A DNA stretch of 64,000 nucleotides, taken from positions 1-64,000 of IMG/VR virus record IMGVR_UViG_3300043172_000590. The stretch is one strand, 5' to 3'. The notes below the pieces were generated by a model. That model ran no database searches. It was not told the origin of the DNA and saw only the letters and a program-made list of their open reading frames with translations. Shown in pieces: positions 1 through 8,921 of the stretch (positions within the stretch are counted from its first letter, which is position 1; every line of letters starts with the position of its first letter). A program made the position numbers and the translations under genes. Source of the DNA: a virus.

Positions 1-304
1 TTTTATATATCTTTAATTTTTTCAAGGTTCTTATTATCCCCTTCTCATTTTTAATCATTTCTATAAACGCAAGAATGCTGTCGTTTATAAGCCCCTGCTC
101 TTTAAGTATATAATATATTCTTTCGTAATTTTCCTGCTGGGAGAAAATCATATCTATTCTTTTTTTACTCCATCCGCTTATTTCGGCCTGATCGTTATAT
201 GTATGTTGAAGGTCTGAGAGGTTTAAAAATCCATTAGTGTCTTGTCTTATTGTAGTCCCAAAAAGTTTCCTGTCTGTAGATGTCATTATTGCTTTTGTTT
301 TCAT
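1..304 (-). CDS. KilA-N-like DNA-binding protein (partial, runs off the window)
   Basis: Not in the ORF track. Hand translation from ATG 304 gives MKTKAIMTSTDRKLFGTTIRQDTNGFLNLSDLQ...ERIYYILKEQG, open to base 1. Resembles Bacteroidota phage KilA-N proteins. Confidence 0.6.
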   Translation of the reverse strand, partial: MKTKAIMTSTDRKLFGTTIRQDTNGFLNLSDLQHTYNDQAEISGWSKKRIDMIFSQQENYERIYYILKEQGLINDSILAFIEMIKNEKGIIRTLKKLKIYK

Positions 305-329
305 CTCTATAACATTTGATTTGTTTATG

Positions 330-337
330 CAAATATA
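330..337 (-). promoter_or_regulatory. Bacteroidota sigma70 -7 element (TATATTTG)
   Basis: Matches TAnnTTTG upstream of ATG 304. Palindrome ATTGGTAAACCAAT at 347-360 overlaps the -33 region. Confidence 0.6.
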
Positions 338-424
338 GAATAAAGGATTGGTAAACCAATAAATATTAATCAAAAACACACAGCCAAGTAACAAAATGTT
401 ACATAGTCTAGTTAGTAAAATACT

Positions 425-468
425 AAACAGCTACTCAGAGGGAATCGAACCCTCTGAGTAAACCGTTT
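425..468 (-). other. Hairpin with T-loop-like TTCGATT loop
   Basis: Perfect 11-bp stem 432-442/450-460, extended by G-U pairs on the minus strand. Confidence 0.6.
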
Positions 469-482
469 GGGAAGTTGATCTT

Positions 483-710
483 TTATTCACTTATAATTTC
501 ATCTACCCGATCATCCTCTGGCTCTTCCTTTTTTGCACTCACAAACCTATTGCATCCAAGCAATTCGCCACAATCACCATTAAACTCATCGTCATTATTT
601 GCTCTTATATCGCAATAAATCCAAGCAAATCCTTTTTTGCATTCTTCGCCTATACCTGTACAGTTAGCACAGCAATCTACATTTGTTTCAACTAAACTAA
701 ATTCTGCCAT
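483..710 (-). CDS. Hypothetical Cys-rich protein
   Basis: 75-aa ORF co-oriented with neighbours; several Cys. Confidence 0.5.
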   Translation of the reverse strand: MAEFSLVETNVDCCANCTGIGEECKKGFAWIYCDIRANNDDEFNGDCGELLGCNRFVSAKKEEPEDDRVDEIISE

Positions 711-745
711 AAAAATCAGCTTTTTAAATTATTTAAGTAAAAATT

Positions 746-1114
746 TTATCTCTTATATTCTAATTCTTCAAATCCGGACAATACATATTTGCAGAATAAA
801 ACTATAACAATGTGCTGAATACTACCTGAGAAAATTAAATACTCATTGAATCCCAAGAAGTAAATATGCATGAATATGGTTGCCCAAGTAGCGGTGCAGT
901 AGATGCAATATCCTAATGCATAGGCTATCTTTCCCTTGAATTTTCTCCACATTGAAGAGCCTGGGCGTCTGGATGACAAAACCCAAATGTTTAAAATATC
1001 ATACCAGAAATTGAAAATCATATTCCTTGGTTTAAGGCAATTCCTGAAAAATACTCCCAGAAAAGCTCCACCAATTCCGATTATCACAGATTCTAATAGT
1101 AAATACAAATTCAT
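746..1114 (-). CDS. Membrane protein with CxxC (DUF1360-like)
   Basis: Hydrophobic segments and GYCIYCTATW motif. Confidence 0.5.
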   Translation of the reverse strand: MNLYLLLESVIIGIGGAFLGVFFRNCLKPRNMIFNFWYDILNIWVLSSRRPGSSMWRKFKGKIAYALGYCIYCTATWATIFMHIYFLGFNEYLIFSGSIQHIVIVLFCKYVLSGFEELEYKR

Positions 1115-1461
1115 ATAAGCGATTTTCTTTTTCCAGTCGAAAATTTAATAAACTTGTGCGGCAGGTTAATAACCATGCCACCAATATTCAACCGGCCCTC
1201 AATCCTTTCTTCTCCATCCCGGATCTCAACGGTGGTTACCTGCAGTAGTTTGGCGCTCTTGATTTGATTCTTAAGGAACAGCGGCTCTATTTTATTGTTT
1301 CCGGTCCTGAACTTAAACCAAGCGTGTTCAAAGGTCAATGTGGAGCGTTCTGTTTTAGATAGGCACATTTTATGCTTATTGTCAATCCATTCGCCGTTTC
1401 CGACTACTTCCCGAAATCTAGCAGGAAATATTTTAATAACCCCTCCGAAAGTTTGTTCCAT
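1111..1461 (-). CDS. Hypothetical protein
   Basis: 116-aa ORF, ATGA overlap with the next gene. Confidence 0.6.
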   Translation of the reverse strand: MEQTFGGVIKIFPARFREVVGNGEWIDNKHKMCLSKTERSTLTFEHAWFKFRTGNNKIEPLFLKNQIKSAKLLQVTTVEIRDGEERIEGRLNIGGMVINLPHKFIKFSTGKRKSLI

Positions 1462-1479
1462 TTTATTAAATAAATTAGT

Positions 1480-1806
1480 TTACAATATTCTTATATCAGT
1501 AGGATAAATTTCAGCATCCCTAAACACTCTGTCTTCTATTTTGGTGATGTAATAATTGAGTACCCCTTCTATATAAATCTTGTCATGCCTGCGTAGTTTC
1601 GCCCCAACCCTTTTCGCCCTCAATCCCCGGACCATTACCCTATGGATGTCATCAACAATCTTCATTACGCCGGTTTCCTTATCCTCGGATGCTCTCTCTG
1701 TCCTGACATTTATCAATAAGAAATGCCTGTCTTGCCGGTTTATTATCTTAGGAGTCCCATATACCACCCCGACTATTATTACTTTTTGTGATGTTGATCT
1801 TGACAT
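1480..1806 (-). CDS. SSB-like OB-fold protein lacking an acidic tail
   Basis: KVIIVG...DIHRVMVRG..AKRV...LRRHDKIYIEGVL follows the SSB pattern. Confidence 0.65.
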   Translation of the reverse strand: MSRSTSQKVIIVGVVYGTPKIINRQDRHFLLINVRTERASEDKETGVMKIVDDIHRVMVRGLRAKRVGAKLRRHDKIYIEGVLNYYITKIEDRVFRDAEIYPTDIRIL

Positions 1807-1812
1807 ACTGAT

Positions 1813-2265
1813 TTATATTTCAACATTTTTAAGTTCAATTTCTCCATTAGTTATTTCTGCTAAGTCGTGGAGGGTTTTAATAGGAATCCATTCTTTAGTC
1901 TCGTTATCAAACAAAAATATTGCACCATCCTTTTCTGATTGCATCCAGTATCTTCCTATTCTCCATACATCACCTACCGGCTCCACAATAACATTTTCAA
2001 ATATTACTTTCTTTTCGGCCGTTTTCCATGACTCTAACCTTTTATAAAATGCCTCATCAGTCTCCGCAAATCCCTTATCATTAATTGGCTTTATTCTCTT
2101 ATTAAACACCATCTCTTCGGTTAATGGTTGTTTGATGAAATTAGTATATCCAACAACGGTATCGAAACACAGTGCTTTGAATTGCATCCTTTTTATGATT
2201 ATATTACGCTCAGGGATTAAGATTTCAATAAATTGACTCAGTGTATGTAGTTTATTTATTTTCAT
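1813..2265 (-). CDS. Hypothetical protein
   Basis: 150-aa ORF in a tightly packed operon. Confidence 0.7.
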   Translation of the reverse strand: MKINKLHTLSQFIEILIPERNIIIKRMQFKALCFDTVVGYTNFIKQPLTEEMVFNKRIKPINDKGFAETDEAFYKRLESWKTAEKKVIFENVIVEPVGDVWRIGRYWMQSEKDGAIFLFDNETKEWIPIKTLHDLAEITNGEIELKNVEI

Positions 2266-2267
2266 AG

Positions 2268-2477
2268 TTATTTAGCTTTTAAATGATCTACGATAAACTG
2301 CGCCTCTGGTAATTGTAGCTTGCCTCCATTTTCCATCACATCTTTCGTGTCCTCTTCCTCGTTAAGTCCTGCGACTTGTTTGACATAGGCTTTCTTTTCA
2401 TGCCCGTTGTCGGTCAAGACGATTCCGACGATTCCACTCATGGATGATATCCATATTGCCTGTACTTCCTTGCTCAT
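2268..2477 (-). CDS. Hypothetical protein
   Basis: 69-aa ORF, 2-nt spacing to the next gene. Confidence 0.6.
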   Translation of the reverse strand: MSKEVQAIWISSMSGIVGIVLTDNGHEKKAYVKQVAGLNEEEDTKDVMENGGKLQLPEAQFIVDHLKAK

Positions 2478-2520
2478 AATTTCTATTGTTTTACCTCTCC
2501 TTTAGAGGAAAGGGGTTTGA

Positions 2521-2835
2521 TTAATCATCACCTATTACATAAATAAGCAATCCGACAAATACAATAAATCCTATAATAAATCCACCTATTGCCGCATACT
2601 GGAAGTTGTATTCTAATTGCACGTCAAACCATTTACGTAATAATAGTCCTGTATAATATGAAACATTAGCAACTACTATTGTTATTGTCAGATAGGCGGC
2701 AACTTCAAGTATTAAATAGTACCATTTGCTATCAATAGGAAGTAATTTTTCAATTATTAATGGCAATAATGGGAGTGCCACTGTAGCTATGAATATCACG
2801 CCAATTATATATCCAAATTCTATTACCAATATCAT
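2521..2835 (-). CDS. Membrane protein (3 TM)
   Basis: Three hydrophobic stretches. Confidence 0.6.
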   Translation of the reverse strand: MILVIEFGYIIGVIFIATVALPLLPLIIEKLLPIDSKWYYLILEVAAYLTITIVVANVSYYTGLLLRKWFDVQLEYNFQYAAIGGFIIGFIVFVGLLIYVIGDD

Positions 2836-2864
2836 AACTATCTATTTTAATTCATTAATATTAA

Positions 2865-3290
2865 CTATTTACGATATCCATTCTTTTTTAACCAACTCCA
2901 AAACCCATCTCTCGTAGGCTCTTTTAACTTTATATAACATATCTTCTCCCGGGTTATTTTTGTTGTGAATGTTTCTTTTTCGGAAGAGTCAACATAAGTG
3001 ACTATATTAAGATGGGTGGTGGTCCCAGAATAATCCCAGAGTATTACATTTTCATATTCCTTATATTCACCACATTCAATCAAAACCCATGCCGTATCAA
3101 TAGGAATAAGCTTCAACTCCCCACTTGATGCATCAATATCATAGTGCACTATCCCGTGTTCAGTGATGGTGTCTGGCACTATTTCAGAACATTCATCATG
3201 AAAGGCATTCCATAGTTTTAAATATTCGCTATCCTGTGGAAAAACCTGGCTATATATAGCCATTGTGATAATCAATAATAATGTTTTCAT
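2865..3290 (-). CDS. Exported hypothetical protein
   Basis: Signal-peptide-like N-terminus MKTLLLIITMAIYSQVFPQ. Confidence 0.6.
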   Translation of the reverse strand: MKTLLLIITMAIYSQVFPQDSEYLKLWNAFHDECSEIVPDTITEHGIVHYDIDASSGELKLIPIDTAWVLIECGEYKEYENVILWDYSGTTTHLNIVTYVDSSEKETFTTKITREKICYIKLKEPTRDGFWSWLKKNGYRK

Positions 3291-3295
3291 AACTT

Positions 3296-4090
3296 CTATT
3301 TTAAAGTATTAATATTTATGATTGCTCCTTCTTTAAATGCTTTTTTTGCAAATTCCATATTCACGAGCCTATCATATACCTCGTCGGTTAATTTCCCTTT
3401 ATAACTGTTCGCAAGCTCAATAATATATTCCTTTTTAGCTTTAGCCCATGATAGATGTGCATCTATTTCCGATGAATAGAATCCGAGATTTATCCGGTTT
3501 CCATGTTTACCAATAAATGCCCTATATCTGCCATTTGAATATTCTCTAACTCCCATGAGCAATTTATTCTTTTTCGCATAATTAGAATGTACTGCTAGAT
3601 TTATTTTTCTTGGAACAAAACAACATCTGTCAAGGCGATACTCCCTATTCCCACTAATCAATATATCTTTATCAATTTCAAACCCTCTGATATAATTATC
3701 ATAAAACCACTTATTGAAATTAGTAAAACTATGCCATTCATCGCACACAAAACAATTTAAATACGTTGGTTTTCTTTTTTTATATTCAGTATTATATCCT
3801 CTCACAATCATTGCAGCCCAGACTTTATATGACAATTTAGTTAGGCTATCATTCTGTATGGATATGTTGCTTCCTATGTATCCAACACCGCAAACAGTTT
3901 TCTTTAGAAAATCAAGAACCTCCCCTTTTTTAATATTACCAAGCTGTGCTGTCACAATCGAACCGGTATTTACAAATTGGCATTCTATGCTTCTAGCGTG
4001 ATTATATTTAACAATAATTAAATCCCCGCAATTATTTGTACTAAACAATCTTCCTTCGTACTTTAATTTATTCTCTATTCTCTTACACAT
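3296..4090 (-). CDS. HNH homing endonuclease with C-terminal AP2 domain
   Basis: CDEWHSFTNF..W, IDKDIL..GN..Y....CCFVP..IN, then AP2-like GV.....RYRA.I......NLG.Y....DAH. Confidence 0.8.
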   Translation of the reverse strand: MCKRIENKLKYEGRLFSTNNCGDLIIVKYNHARSIECQFVNTGSIVTAQLGNIKKGEVLDFLKKTVCGVGYIGSNISIQNDSLTKLSYKVWAAMIVRGYNTEYKKRKPTYLNCFVCDEWHSFTNFNKWFYDNYIRGFEIDKDILISGNREYRLDRCCFVPRKINLAVHSNYAKKNKLLMGVREYSNGRYRAFIGKHGNRINLGFYSSEIDAHLSWAKAKKEYIIELANSYKGKLTDEVYDRLVNMEFAKKAFKEGAIININTLK

Positions 4091-4120
4091 GATAAATAGT
4101 TTTTATATACGTTATTAGAA

Positions 4121-4187
4121 GTATTGGGGCAGGAACGCATAACCTCATTGAACTAAGCCGCTAAACTTAGACTCCAATACAAATACA
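4121..4187 (-). promoter_or_regulatory. Promoter (TGTATTTG) followed by a structured 5' leader of the HNH-AP2 gene
   Basis: -7-like element 4180-4187; stem 4121-4129/4172-4180 with inner stem 4153-4157/4166-4170. Confidence 0.45.
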
Positions 4188-4230
4188 ATAATTTACTCAT
4201 AGCCAATTGCTCTATTGTTATCATATAGTT

Positions 4231-4422
4231 TTAAATATTATATGGTGTTTTTAGTTTCTCAGGCTCGATCACCGACATATTTTTAATATAGTTATCAGTT
4301 TCAGTTTCACTTTCAGTTTCAGAAACTTCATTAATAATATTTTGCCCTTCTTCCTTCAACCATTCAGCGACCTTTTCTAATTGTTCTATTGTTAACTTAG
4401 CTTTATTTATTCCTAATGCCAT
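4231..4422 (-). CDS. Hypothetical protein
   Basis: 63-aa ORF with ETESETET low-complexity run. Confidence 0.5.
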   Translation of the reverse strand: MALGINKAKLTIEQLEKVAEWLKEEGQNIINEVSETESETETDNYIKNMSVIEPEKLKTPYNI

Positions 4423-4834
4423 AGCTACCTAGTTTTTCAAAATACCCCTTAATTTCAGCGTACTCTTTCTGGAATTTAAAATTGAATTCATTGTTTTTAT
4501 ACTCATTCTTGACATGGTAGTACATGCTTTTGTGCATTTCTACTTTGCGCATAATTTCGGTACGACAATGGCCATCTCCAAGTACATGGATACACAAGGA
4601 TATGAACACATACTTGCGCCTCACATTGTCCTTATGGCTATCCGACATTAATTGCTCGTGGGTCAATCCGTAGTGAAGTAATATAAATTTGTAAACGTTG
4701 GATATCACATCCCCCTCTGATTGTGGGAAATGCCCTGAAACATCATTCGCTACACGCTCGAAGCTAGTGAAGGGTATAAACGGTCCGTTCCGCTGCAGTT
4801 CTTTCAAAACAATATCATATACCTTGCTTCTCAT
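4403..4834 (-). CDS. DnaA C-terminal-like helix-turn-helix protein
   Basis: HYGLTHEQLMSDSHK...RRKYVFISLC...EIMRKVEMHKSMYYH resembles DnaA domain IV. Confidence 0.45.
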   Translation of the reverse strand: MRSKVYDIVLKELQRNGPFIPFTSFERVANDVSGHFPQSEGDVISNVYKFILLHYGLTHEQLMSDSHKDNVRRKYVFISLCIHVLGDGHCRTEIMRKVEMHKSMYYHVKNEYKNNEFNFKFQKEYAEIKGYFEKLGSYGIRNK

Positions 4835-4866
4835 ATATTGTTGAATTTTACGATTTTAGGTAAAAG

Positions 4867-4904
4867 CAAACATACGGCAGATTGAGTTAAGAATGAAACT
4901 GAAT
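4867..4904 (-). promoter_or_regulatory. Promoter TATGTTTG with Fur-box-like 19-mer 11 nt upstream
   Basis: caaacata 4867-4874, N11, gttaagaatgaaactgaat 4886-4904. Confidence 0.6.
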
Positions 4905-5101
4905 TACACTTTGCCAGCCTCCTCAATCTTTCGCTCCAACCACTGCACATAATCGGATGTATAGAATGTATCATCGCCAATATTAGCGTCGGCAATAGCT
5001 TCTGAGTGATGATAGCAGATGTCGTCAACTTGATATTCCGTGGCTGAAACTACAGCGTTATGTCCAGTGTCGCTTCGGTATTTGATATGTAGGTCTTTCA
5101 T
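4904..5101 (-). CDS. Hypothetical protein
   Basis: 65-aa ORF ending in the common phage motif DYVQWLE. Confidence 0.6.
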   Translation of the reverse strand: MKDLHIKYRSDTGHNAVVSATEYQVDDICYHHSEAIADANIGDDTFYTSDYVQWLERKIEEAGKV

Positions 5102-5107
5102 TTTGAT

Positions 5108-5656
5108 TTAATTTCTTTTGTATTCAGTACGAATGTTGGACGGACCCCAACTTAAGGGCTCCATTTTTCTTATAAACTCATTTAGTTCAGAAATCTTAAT
5201 GGACAAGTCCTTAGGTAATTCTCCCTCTGAATTCTCCGGTAAATCATCCTCCCATAAAGATTCATCTATTTCTGTTGCATAATTTGGGCTACATATCACC
5301 AACTTCAGGTCTGACGGAGACATGCCATTCTCTTCTAGGTAATTCTCTATATCATCAACATCCCAGAAGTACTCATCTCCATCGTATAGACAGACTGGAG
5401 ATTTCATATCCCATTCCTCGAATGCGTATCTGCCATACATCTCATTACTATGCTTAATGCGGCAATACTCACATCTACTATACCTTCTAGGCTTCAATTT
5501 TCCGCATTCGCATTTAGAATGGGTGCTTCCATTGTATCTCGCAGTCCTTTCGTCAGAACCAAAAAACAATCCATTTCGACTAACCCATCCTGTGACAGTC
5601 TTTAGAGATGCAGCCGCGTCATCTGTGTATAAAATAATTATTTCTTCTTTTTCCAT
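5108..5656 (-). CDS. Conserved phage protein with Zn-finger-like CxCG/CxxC
   Basis: AASLKTVTGWVSRNG.FFG.DERTARY.GSTH.KCECG. Confidence 0.7.
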   Translation of the reverse strand: MEKEEIIILYTDDAAASLKTVTGWVSRNGLFFGSDERTARYNGSTHSKCECGKLKPRRYSRCEYCRIKHSNEMYGRYAFEEWDMKSPVCLYDGDEYFWDVDDIENYLEENGMSPSDLKLVICSPNYATEIDESLWEDDLPENSEGELPKDLSIKISELNEFIRKMEPLSWGPSNIRTEYKRN

Positions 5657-5702
5657 GATTTTATAATGGTTTTAAGGTTTAATCCTTAGCGCTTTAATGA
5701 CA

Positions 5703-5978
5703 CTATTTTTGCCCATCTTTTCCGACTTTAGCAAATCCAATTAATCCACCAGTAGAAGCAACAACCTTGCTGAATGGGCTGCCGAAGGCAATGGATGATA
5801 TCGGGTCCATCGCAACACTGACGGGTGGCTTGACATATGCATCACATACATTATGCCCGGAAGTGTGTCCAATTAATGTATTTGGATTACCGCAATTGCT
5901 GTCATTGAATTCTGCACAGGTATCACACGAGCCCTCTCCTTTAACTGCTGATATCCTGTGGTTGTGTTTTGATTTCAT
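5703..5978 (-). CDS. Hypothetical Cys-containing protein
   Basis: Start moved from the track's 5996 to ATG 5978, directly after the -7 element. Confidence 0.5.
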   Translation of the reverse strand: MKSKHNHRISAVKGEGSCDTCAEFNDSNCGNPNTLIGHTSGHNVCDAYVKPPVSVAMDPISSIAFGSPFSKVVASTGGLIGFAKVGKDGQK

Positions 5979-5982
5979 AACA

Positions 5983-6020
5983 CAAACATATGCCAAATAT
6001 CATTTAGAACAAATTCAAAT
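5983..6020 (-). promoter_or_regulatory. Promoter TATGTTTG with Fur-box-like 19-mer
   Basis: caaacata 5983-5990, N11, atttagaacaaattcaaat 6002-6020. Confidence 0.6.
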
Positions 6021-6171
6021 AGCAAAAGAGGCGATTTGAGCCTCTTTCTGCACCTCTGGACATATCTATGTGCCACAAAAGGGATATGATTGAAATTTTG
6101 AAGGATGAAGTGGGTTGAGTGGGAAATTTGGGGATTAGTAAGGAATAACTAATATGGAATAAGGGCTAATG

Positions 6172-6459
6172 TTAAAGCCACATTGCGTTATCTATCGCTG
6201 CCCTGCCGCAAATACTGCAGGATACGCTCGCGCTTGATATATAGATATCCTTTTCTCTAAGGAAGTGCAACTTGTCGTCATTGCACATATTCAAATTAAG
6301 TTTCTCTTTTTTGGTTTTTTCAAATAAGGTACCATCAAATCCATCGGTAAATCCATAAATCACATCTCCTTTGTCATTGCATTCGTGGTCCGTAGGTTCT
6401 CCGCCGCACATAAAGCCAGTCATATTGCCTACCTTGAATTGTCTGCATCCTTGTCTCAT
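6172..6459 (-). CDS. Hypothetical protein with Cys motifs
   Basis: 95-aa ORF, C-terminal CSICG. Confidence 0.6.
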   Translation of the reverse strand: MRQGCRQFKVGNMTGFMCGGEPTDHECNDKGDVIYGFTDGFDGTLFEKTKKEKLNLNMCNDDKLHFLREKDIYISSASVSCSICGRAAIDNAMWL

Positions 6460-6461
6460 AC

Positions 6462-6992
6462 TCAGAGTATTATAATTTCAGATTCCTTATTCCTGTTGAT
6501 ATATGCAAAAACATCTTCTTTATAAATGCCTCGTATTTTTATATGACTTTTGTTAAACATTTTTGCGTACTGATTAGCATATTCTTCGTGTAGCGTCCAC
6601 GAGAGGCCCTTGTCGTCGCCAGAAGTGTTCTGGGCCCTATAGACATTGAATTCATCCGGTAGGGCTTCGAGAAATGCATGTTCTTCTGGTGCGCTAAAGT
6701 AGTTCCTATGCTTCCGTCCGGAGGACATTAGCCCTTTAAATATTGATGCTAATCCAGTACTGCCGCAGATTATCCACACTGTTCTCAATAGCTCCCAGTA
6801 CCGGTAATCCGAAAGTAGGTGGCAATGTTGCATGAAGATGGTTAGTACTTTATCTCTGTCGTGCTCTATATCCCACGCAACCATCAACTTCTTGGCTATC
6901 TTACTGTCCCTTTTTGCGACTTTAGCTGGTATCTGAGGATATCTGCGCGTCATCGGCACTTGTTGGTTGTTTGACAATGTGTTTAGTTTCAT
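6462..6992 (-). CDS. Putative ADP-ribosyltransferase-fold protein
   Basis: VYRA...GLSWT...ESEIII has the order and spacing of an R-S-E ART triad. Confidence 0.45.
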   Translation of the reverse strand: MKLNTLSNNQQVPMTRRYPQIPAKVAKRDSKIAKKLMVAWDIEHDRDKVLTIFMQHCHLLSDYRYWELLRTVWIICGSTGLASIFKGLMSSGRKHRNYFSAPEEHAFLEALPDEFNVYRAQNTSGDDKGLSWTLHEEYANQYAKMFNKSHIKIRGIYKEDVFAYINRNKESEIIIL

Positions 6993-7008
6993 ATCGTAAG
7001 GAATCAGG

Positions 7009-7269
7009 TTAATCTATTCCAGGCAATGGGCACCAATGAGTGACGACTCCTGGCGCAGGTATGGATGGGATACTAAAATAATACCCGGTAAGGAGCCCGG
7101 CACCGGTCAATGAACGTGGTCCGCCATAAGCAACTTCTTCGGGAGTGTAATGCACGCAGGCTATCGTCCTTCTTTTCTCTCTGCCCCATTTAGTATAATC
7201 CAACAGCACCAACACGTCTTCTCCGACCTTAGGCTTTTTGTCTTCTAATTTTATCCATGATTTATCCAT
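7009..7269 (-). CDS. DUF551 family phage protein
   Basis: WIKLEDKKP...VLV...VTHWCPLP. Confidence 0.75.
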   Translation of the reverse strand: MDKSWIKLEDKKPKVGEDVLVLLDYTKWGREKRRTIACVHYTPEEVAYGGPRSLTGAGLLTGYYFSIPSIPAPGVVTHWCPLPGID

Positions 7270-7281
7270 AAAGCTATAAAT

Positions 7282-7422
7282 TTACTCAAACGGTGATTCC
7301 TCAATATGCTCCTTGAGCCTGCTGGCTATCAATTTCTCCTTTTCTCCTGCCTGGTAGTTACTGGCGGCGTAGTCAATTACCTTGATAATCAACTTAGCTT
7401 CTTCTATTCCTATTTGTATCAT
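7282..7422 (-). CDS. Small hypothetical protein (46 aa)
   Basis: Not in the track; MIQIGIEEAKLIIKVIDY...SPFE fills the intergenic gap. Confidence 0.55.
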   Translation of the reverse strand: MIQIGIEEAKLIIKVIDYAASNYQAGEKEKLIASRLKEHIEESPFE

Positions 7423-7426
7423 CTTG
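7385..7426. repeat. 42-bp repeat, inverted copy at 23084-23125
   Basis: 41/42 identical (caagatgatacaaataggaatagaagaagctaagYtgattat). Confidence 0.9.
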
Positions 7427-7432
7427 AGAAAT

Positions 7433-7696
7433 TTAAATTATATAACCTTCCAGTTCTTCAATACGCTTCTTCAAAGCCCTTATTACTTGGCAAACAGCAT
7501 AGTCGTTTATCCATTTCGGGTCTTCAATAAAGGCTAGTATAGTTGCCTCATTCCGGTTCAGGTCGTAGAGCATGCCGTCGATAGGCTGTTCTATGAAATC
7601 ATCGAGAGAAACTACAGATAGCCCTTCGACTCCGGCAATTACTATATTGCCGTCCATGTATTCTTTTAAGACTTTGTCCTTTATTTCGTTTGCCAT
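7433..7696 (-). CDS. Hypothetical protein
   Basis: 87-aa ORF in operon. Confidence 0.65.
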   Translation of the reverse strand: MANEIKDKVLKEYMDGNIVIAGVEGLSVVSLDDFIEQPIDGMLYDLNRNEATILAFIEDPKWINDYAVCQVIRALKKRIEELEGYII

Positions 7697-7702
7697 TTCC
7701 GA

Positions 7703-8623
7703 TTAAATAAGATGTAAGTGTTTCCTCAATCTATCCCTACCCTTAGTGAATTCTCCACCATCTTTCTCAATTAAGATAAAATCCCGGTCAGTATTAATGC
7801 AGGCCACGCCAGTTGTTGCCCTTCCGGATGTATTGTCCAAGACAATTTCTCCTGGATTTGAATACGTCTTGATTATTTCCTCAATCAATTTAACCGGTTT
7901 CTGCGTAGGACCAGTCTTTTCTTTTTGCTTGTCCAGGGGGAACTTCCATATACTTTTAGGGTATCTTTCGGTGCTCCCTCCACCGCTAATACCTTTTTTT
8001 GTTTCCCCGAAATTGCTACCATCATTGCCGTTCTTAGTATATTTATTGACAGGCTTGTGCCCCGTGGTTTTCTGGGGATTGTAAGTGCCAGTATGTTTAT
8101 AAAATACCATAATATCTTCGTGGTACCTAAGTGGCATTTTCTTCGCCATAAACGGATTGGAAGGACCGGTTTTCTCCCAAATAAGATTGTACCTATGGCG
8201 TATATCACTGAGCATTACCTTTGCCGTAAACTTATCTTGCCCGAATAATACAACAACCCCATCTGGCTTTAATATGCGCCAGTAGTGCGACCAGAGCCCC
8301 CTCTTGCGCTTATTTTCCCATTCCAAAACTATACCACAGGGATTGACTTTGCGCTCTGGGTCAAATATACGATGCTTTAAGTATTCATCGAAAGATGCAT
8401 TACCAATCTTCCCATTGAACTTTTTTATCTCAACATAGTCATTCATTGGAATAATAGTATCCCAAGGATTCCTCGTCTTGCCGAAAGGCAAATCTGCGCA
8501 AATCAAGTCCACGCTGCCGCCAGGGATACTGTCCATTTCAACAAGGCAATCCCCGTGGATGCAGGCACCGCTAAGCAATCTGCCGGAAACAGGCATTGTT
8601 TTATGTATCTCATAATTCTCCAT
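7703..8623 (-). CDS. DNA N6-adenine/N4-cytosine methyltransferase (beta class)
   Basis: HGDCL, DLICADLPF (motif IV), PTQKP, VLDNTSG..TTG (motif I), FILIEKD. Confidence 0.88.
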   Translation of the reverse strand: MENYEIHKTMPVSGRLLSGACIHGDCLVEMDSIPGGSVDLICADLPFGKTRNPWDTIIPMNDYVEIKKFNGKIGNASFDEYLKHRIFDPERKVNPCGIVLEWENKRKRGLWSHYWRILKPDGVVVLFGQDKFTAKVMLSDIRHRYNLIWEKTGPSNPFMAKKMPLRYHEDIMVFYKHTGTYNPQKTTGHKPVNKYTKNGNDGSNFGETKKGISGGGSTERYPKSIWKFPLDKQKEKTGPTQKPVKLIEEIIKTYSNPGEIVLDNTSGRATTGVACINTDRDFILIEKDGGEFTKGRDRLRKHLHLI

Positions 8624-8628
8624 AATAA

Positions 8629-8666
8629 CAAAGTAATGAAATGTCTTGGCAAGAATGAGTATAAAC
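8629..8666 (-). promoter_or_regulatory. Promoter TTACTTTG with Fur-box-like 19-mer
   Basis: caaagtaa 8629-8636, N11, ggcaagaatgagtataaac 8648-8666. Confidence 0.5.
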
Positions 8667-8905
8667 TAAGGAAGCTCTTTCTCTTCCACAACATATTTCT
8701 GGAATTCATCATCTGACAAATAATATGTCTTAAGCACCTGATCGAAGGAATCTCGTATCTTGCAACACGCAGCATTCCTTTTGTTTGCCAAATCCTTAAC
8801 AACGATCTTTAATATTTCCCCATGGTCGATTTTAACGCTCACGCTTAAGGCGTCTCTTAACTCATTGTAGGGTTTAAGAAGTCTATCTCTTTCTGATGCT
8901 TTCAT
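8666..8905 (-). CDS. Hypothetical protein
   Basis: 79-aa ORF. Confidence 0.6.
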   Translation of the reverse strand: MKASERDRLLKPYNELRDALSVSVKIDHGEILKIVVKDLANKRNAACCKIRDSFDQVLKTYYLSDDEFQKYVVEEKELP

Positions 8906-8921
8906 ATGAGTTTAATTTGCA

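Noticed and set aside
425-468. tRNA gene
   Set aside because: T-loop only; no D-arm, anticodon arm or CCA.
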